Of a stretch of DNA of 64,000 bases, positions 63,187 to 64,000 are shown one piece after another. Location of the stretch: the IMG/VR virus record IMGVR_UViG_3300045988_125651; one strand, written 5' to 3'. The notes below the pieces were generated by a model. That model had not been told where the DNA came from, made no database searches, and worked only from the letters and a program-made list of their open reading frames with translations. The stretch's first letter is position 1. Each line of letters opens with the position of its first letter. The stretch comes from a virus. Both the position numbers and the translations under genes were made by a program.

Positions 63187-63465
63187 TTACAGCTTCATAA
63201 GATTATACCCGGTCACCGCATTAAACCACCGACCTTGCCACTCTCTTGTGTCAATGCTTATGTCGCATCTCACAGCGTCACCATTGCCAAGTTGGTTCAC
63301 CACGTCCACTTGCGCTCCTCTAAACGTCACTACCACATTCTTCGGATATTGCAAGCTCGTCACATGCTCTATCACCACCTCACGTTCTCTCCACTCTCTG
63401 CCCGACTGGCTTATGCCGCTCTTCTCGGGCAGAATCTTTATTATCGGTCCTTCTATATGTATCAT
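63187..63465 (-). CDS. DUF3127-like small OB-fold-type protein
   Basis: ISQSGREWREREVVIEH...YPKNVVVTF...GDAVRCDISIDTREWQGRWFN fits the Bacteroidetes DUF3127 pattern as I recall it. Confidence 0.55.
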   Translation of the reverse strand: MIHIEGPIIKILPEKSGISQSGREWREREVVIEHVTSLQYPKNVVVTFRGAQVDVVNQLGNGDAVRCDISIDTREWQGRWFNAVTGYNLMKL

Positions 63466-63526
63466 CTTAATTCAAAATTTATTAATTCAAAATCGGCAAA
63501 GCCGACAATTCCTAACTCGTAATTCC

Positions 63527-63946
63527 CTACACCCACCCTGCGCCACCGCTCGCCAGCTCTGCCTTTGCGCTTCTCAGTCCCCTCTCGTCGTCCTTGTCTG
63601 GTATTATCACCTCGCTCATCGACGCATAATCCAGGAAGTTCCTTATCACGCTCGACATTTCCGCTGTAGTCAGATAGCACAACTTTTTCGGCTTCTTGCT
63701 ATCCTCCGCGAGAAATATATGCGGACACACGTCCTGCTGTATCGTCCGTAGCACACTATAGAATGTCTCGCCCTGCTTGTATCCGTAGTAACTGATTATG
63801 AAGTTCAGATAAGCCATCTGCTTGTTCGTAGCCACCTCTCTGTGCTTCACTATGTCTATCGCATACCCGCAGTCGCGAGCCTTGTCTATCTCTCTCATAG
63901 CAGCCATATACTGCCTCGGGTCATTCAGCCTCTCAAAAGTCGCCAT
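63527..63946 (-). CDS. Hypothetical protein
   Basis: 139-aa ORF. Confidence 0.45.
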   Translation of the reverse strand: MATFERLNDPRQYMAAMREIDKARDCGYAIDIVKHREVATNKQMAYLNFIISYYGYKQGETFYSVLRTIQQDVCPHIFLAEDSKKPKKLCYLTTAEMSSVIRNFLDYASMSEVIIPDKDDERGLRSAKAELASGGAGWV

Positions 63947-64000
63947 ACCCCCTTACCCCCTTTCAAATTTATTTCATTCTTAATGCATCAAAATAGCACC

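Noticed and set aside
1-64000. CRISPR arrays, tRNA/rRNA genes and stop-codon reassignment.
   Set aside because: I saw no regularly spaced repeat-spacer array and no cloverleaf-like or rRNA-like sequence. Long ORFs are intact under the standard code, so recoding need not be invoked.

Overview
The window looks like most of a temperate, Bacteroidales-type tailed phage or prophage. Supporting this host assignment are a Bacteroidetes-style integrase, a DUF3127-like protein, a PcfK/PcfJ-like pair, TAnnTTTG -7 promoter boxes and mostly Shine-Dalgarno-free starts. All calls come from reading the sequence and translations by hand; no searches were run.

Layout:
- 0.3-3.3 kb: integrase and a lysis cassette (holin, GH19 endolysin, candidate u-spanin, HTH protein).
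- 3.5-9.5 kb: accessory genes, including a free-standing HNH/NUMOD4 endonuclease, a promoter-led trio of small lipoproteins and a minimal rhomboid protease.
- 9.5-18.7 kb (minus strand): packaging and head genes (portal, TerS-like, TerL).
- 18.9-26.6 kb (plus strand): scaffold-like protein, major capsid candidate and a tail-fibre array.
- 26.7-44.9 kb (minus strand): a 4-gene operon ending in one 15.5-kb ORF of 5,179 aa. It carries ParB-like, SF2 helicase, N6-type methyltransferase and zincin motifs plus a TM-containing C-terminal part.
- 44.9-46.1 kb: a 1.19-kb ORF-free region with skewed base composition and phased repeats.
- 46.1-46.7 kb: an XRE-type repressor with a divergent promoter/operator region.
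- 46.7-53.0 kb (plus strand): early genes.
- 53.1-64 kb (minus strand): an early/replication block (YopX-like, ASCH-like, methyltransferase, DnaC-like loader, initiator with internal iterons, DUF3127-like).

I found no rRNA, tRNA or CRISPR array.

Strongest leads:
- the giant polyvalent ORF;
- a protein-like 147-codon ORF in its +1 frame, across a low-complexity linker;
- in-frame 42-bp direct repeats bracketing the ParB-like segment;
- the long noncoding region with 43-bp phased repeats and a motif shared with the portal/scaffold intergenic region;
- small hydrophobic-peptide genes in the early region;
- a Shine-Dalgarno-rich cluster of small genes in an otherwise Shine-Dalgarno-poor genome.
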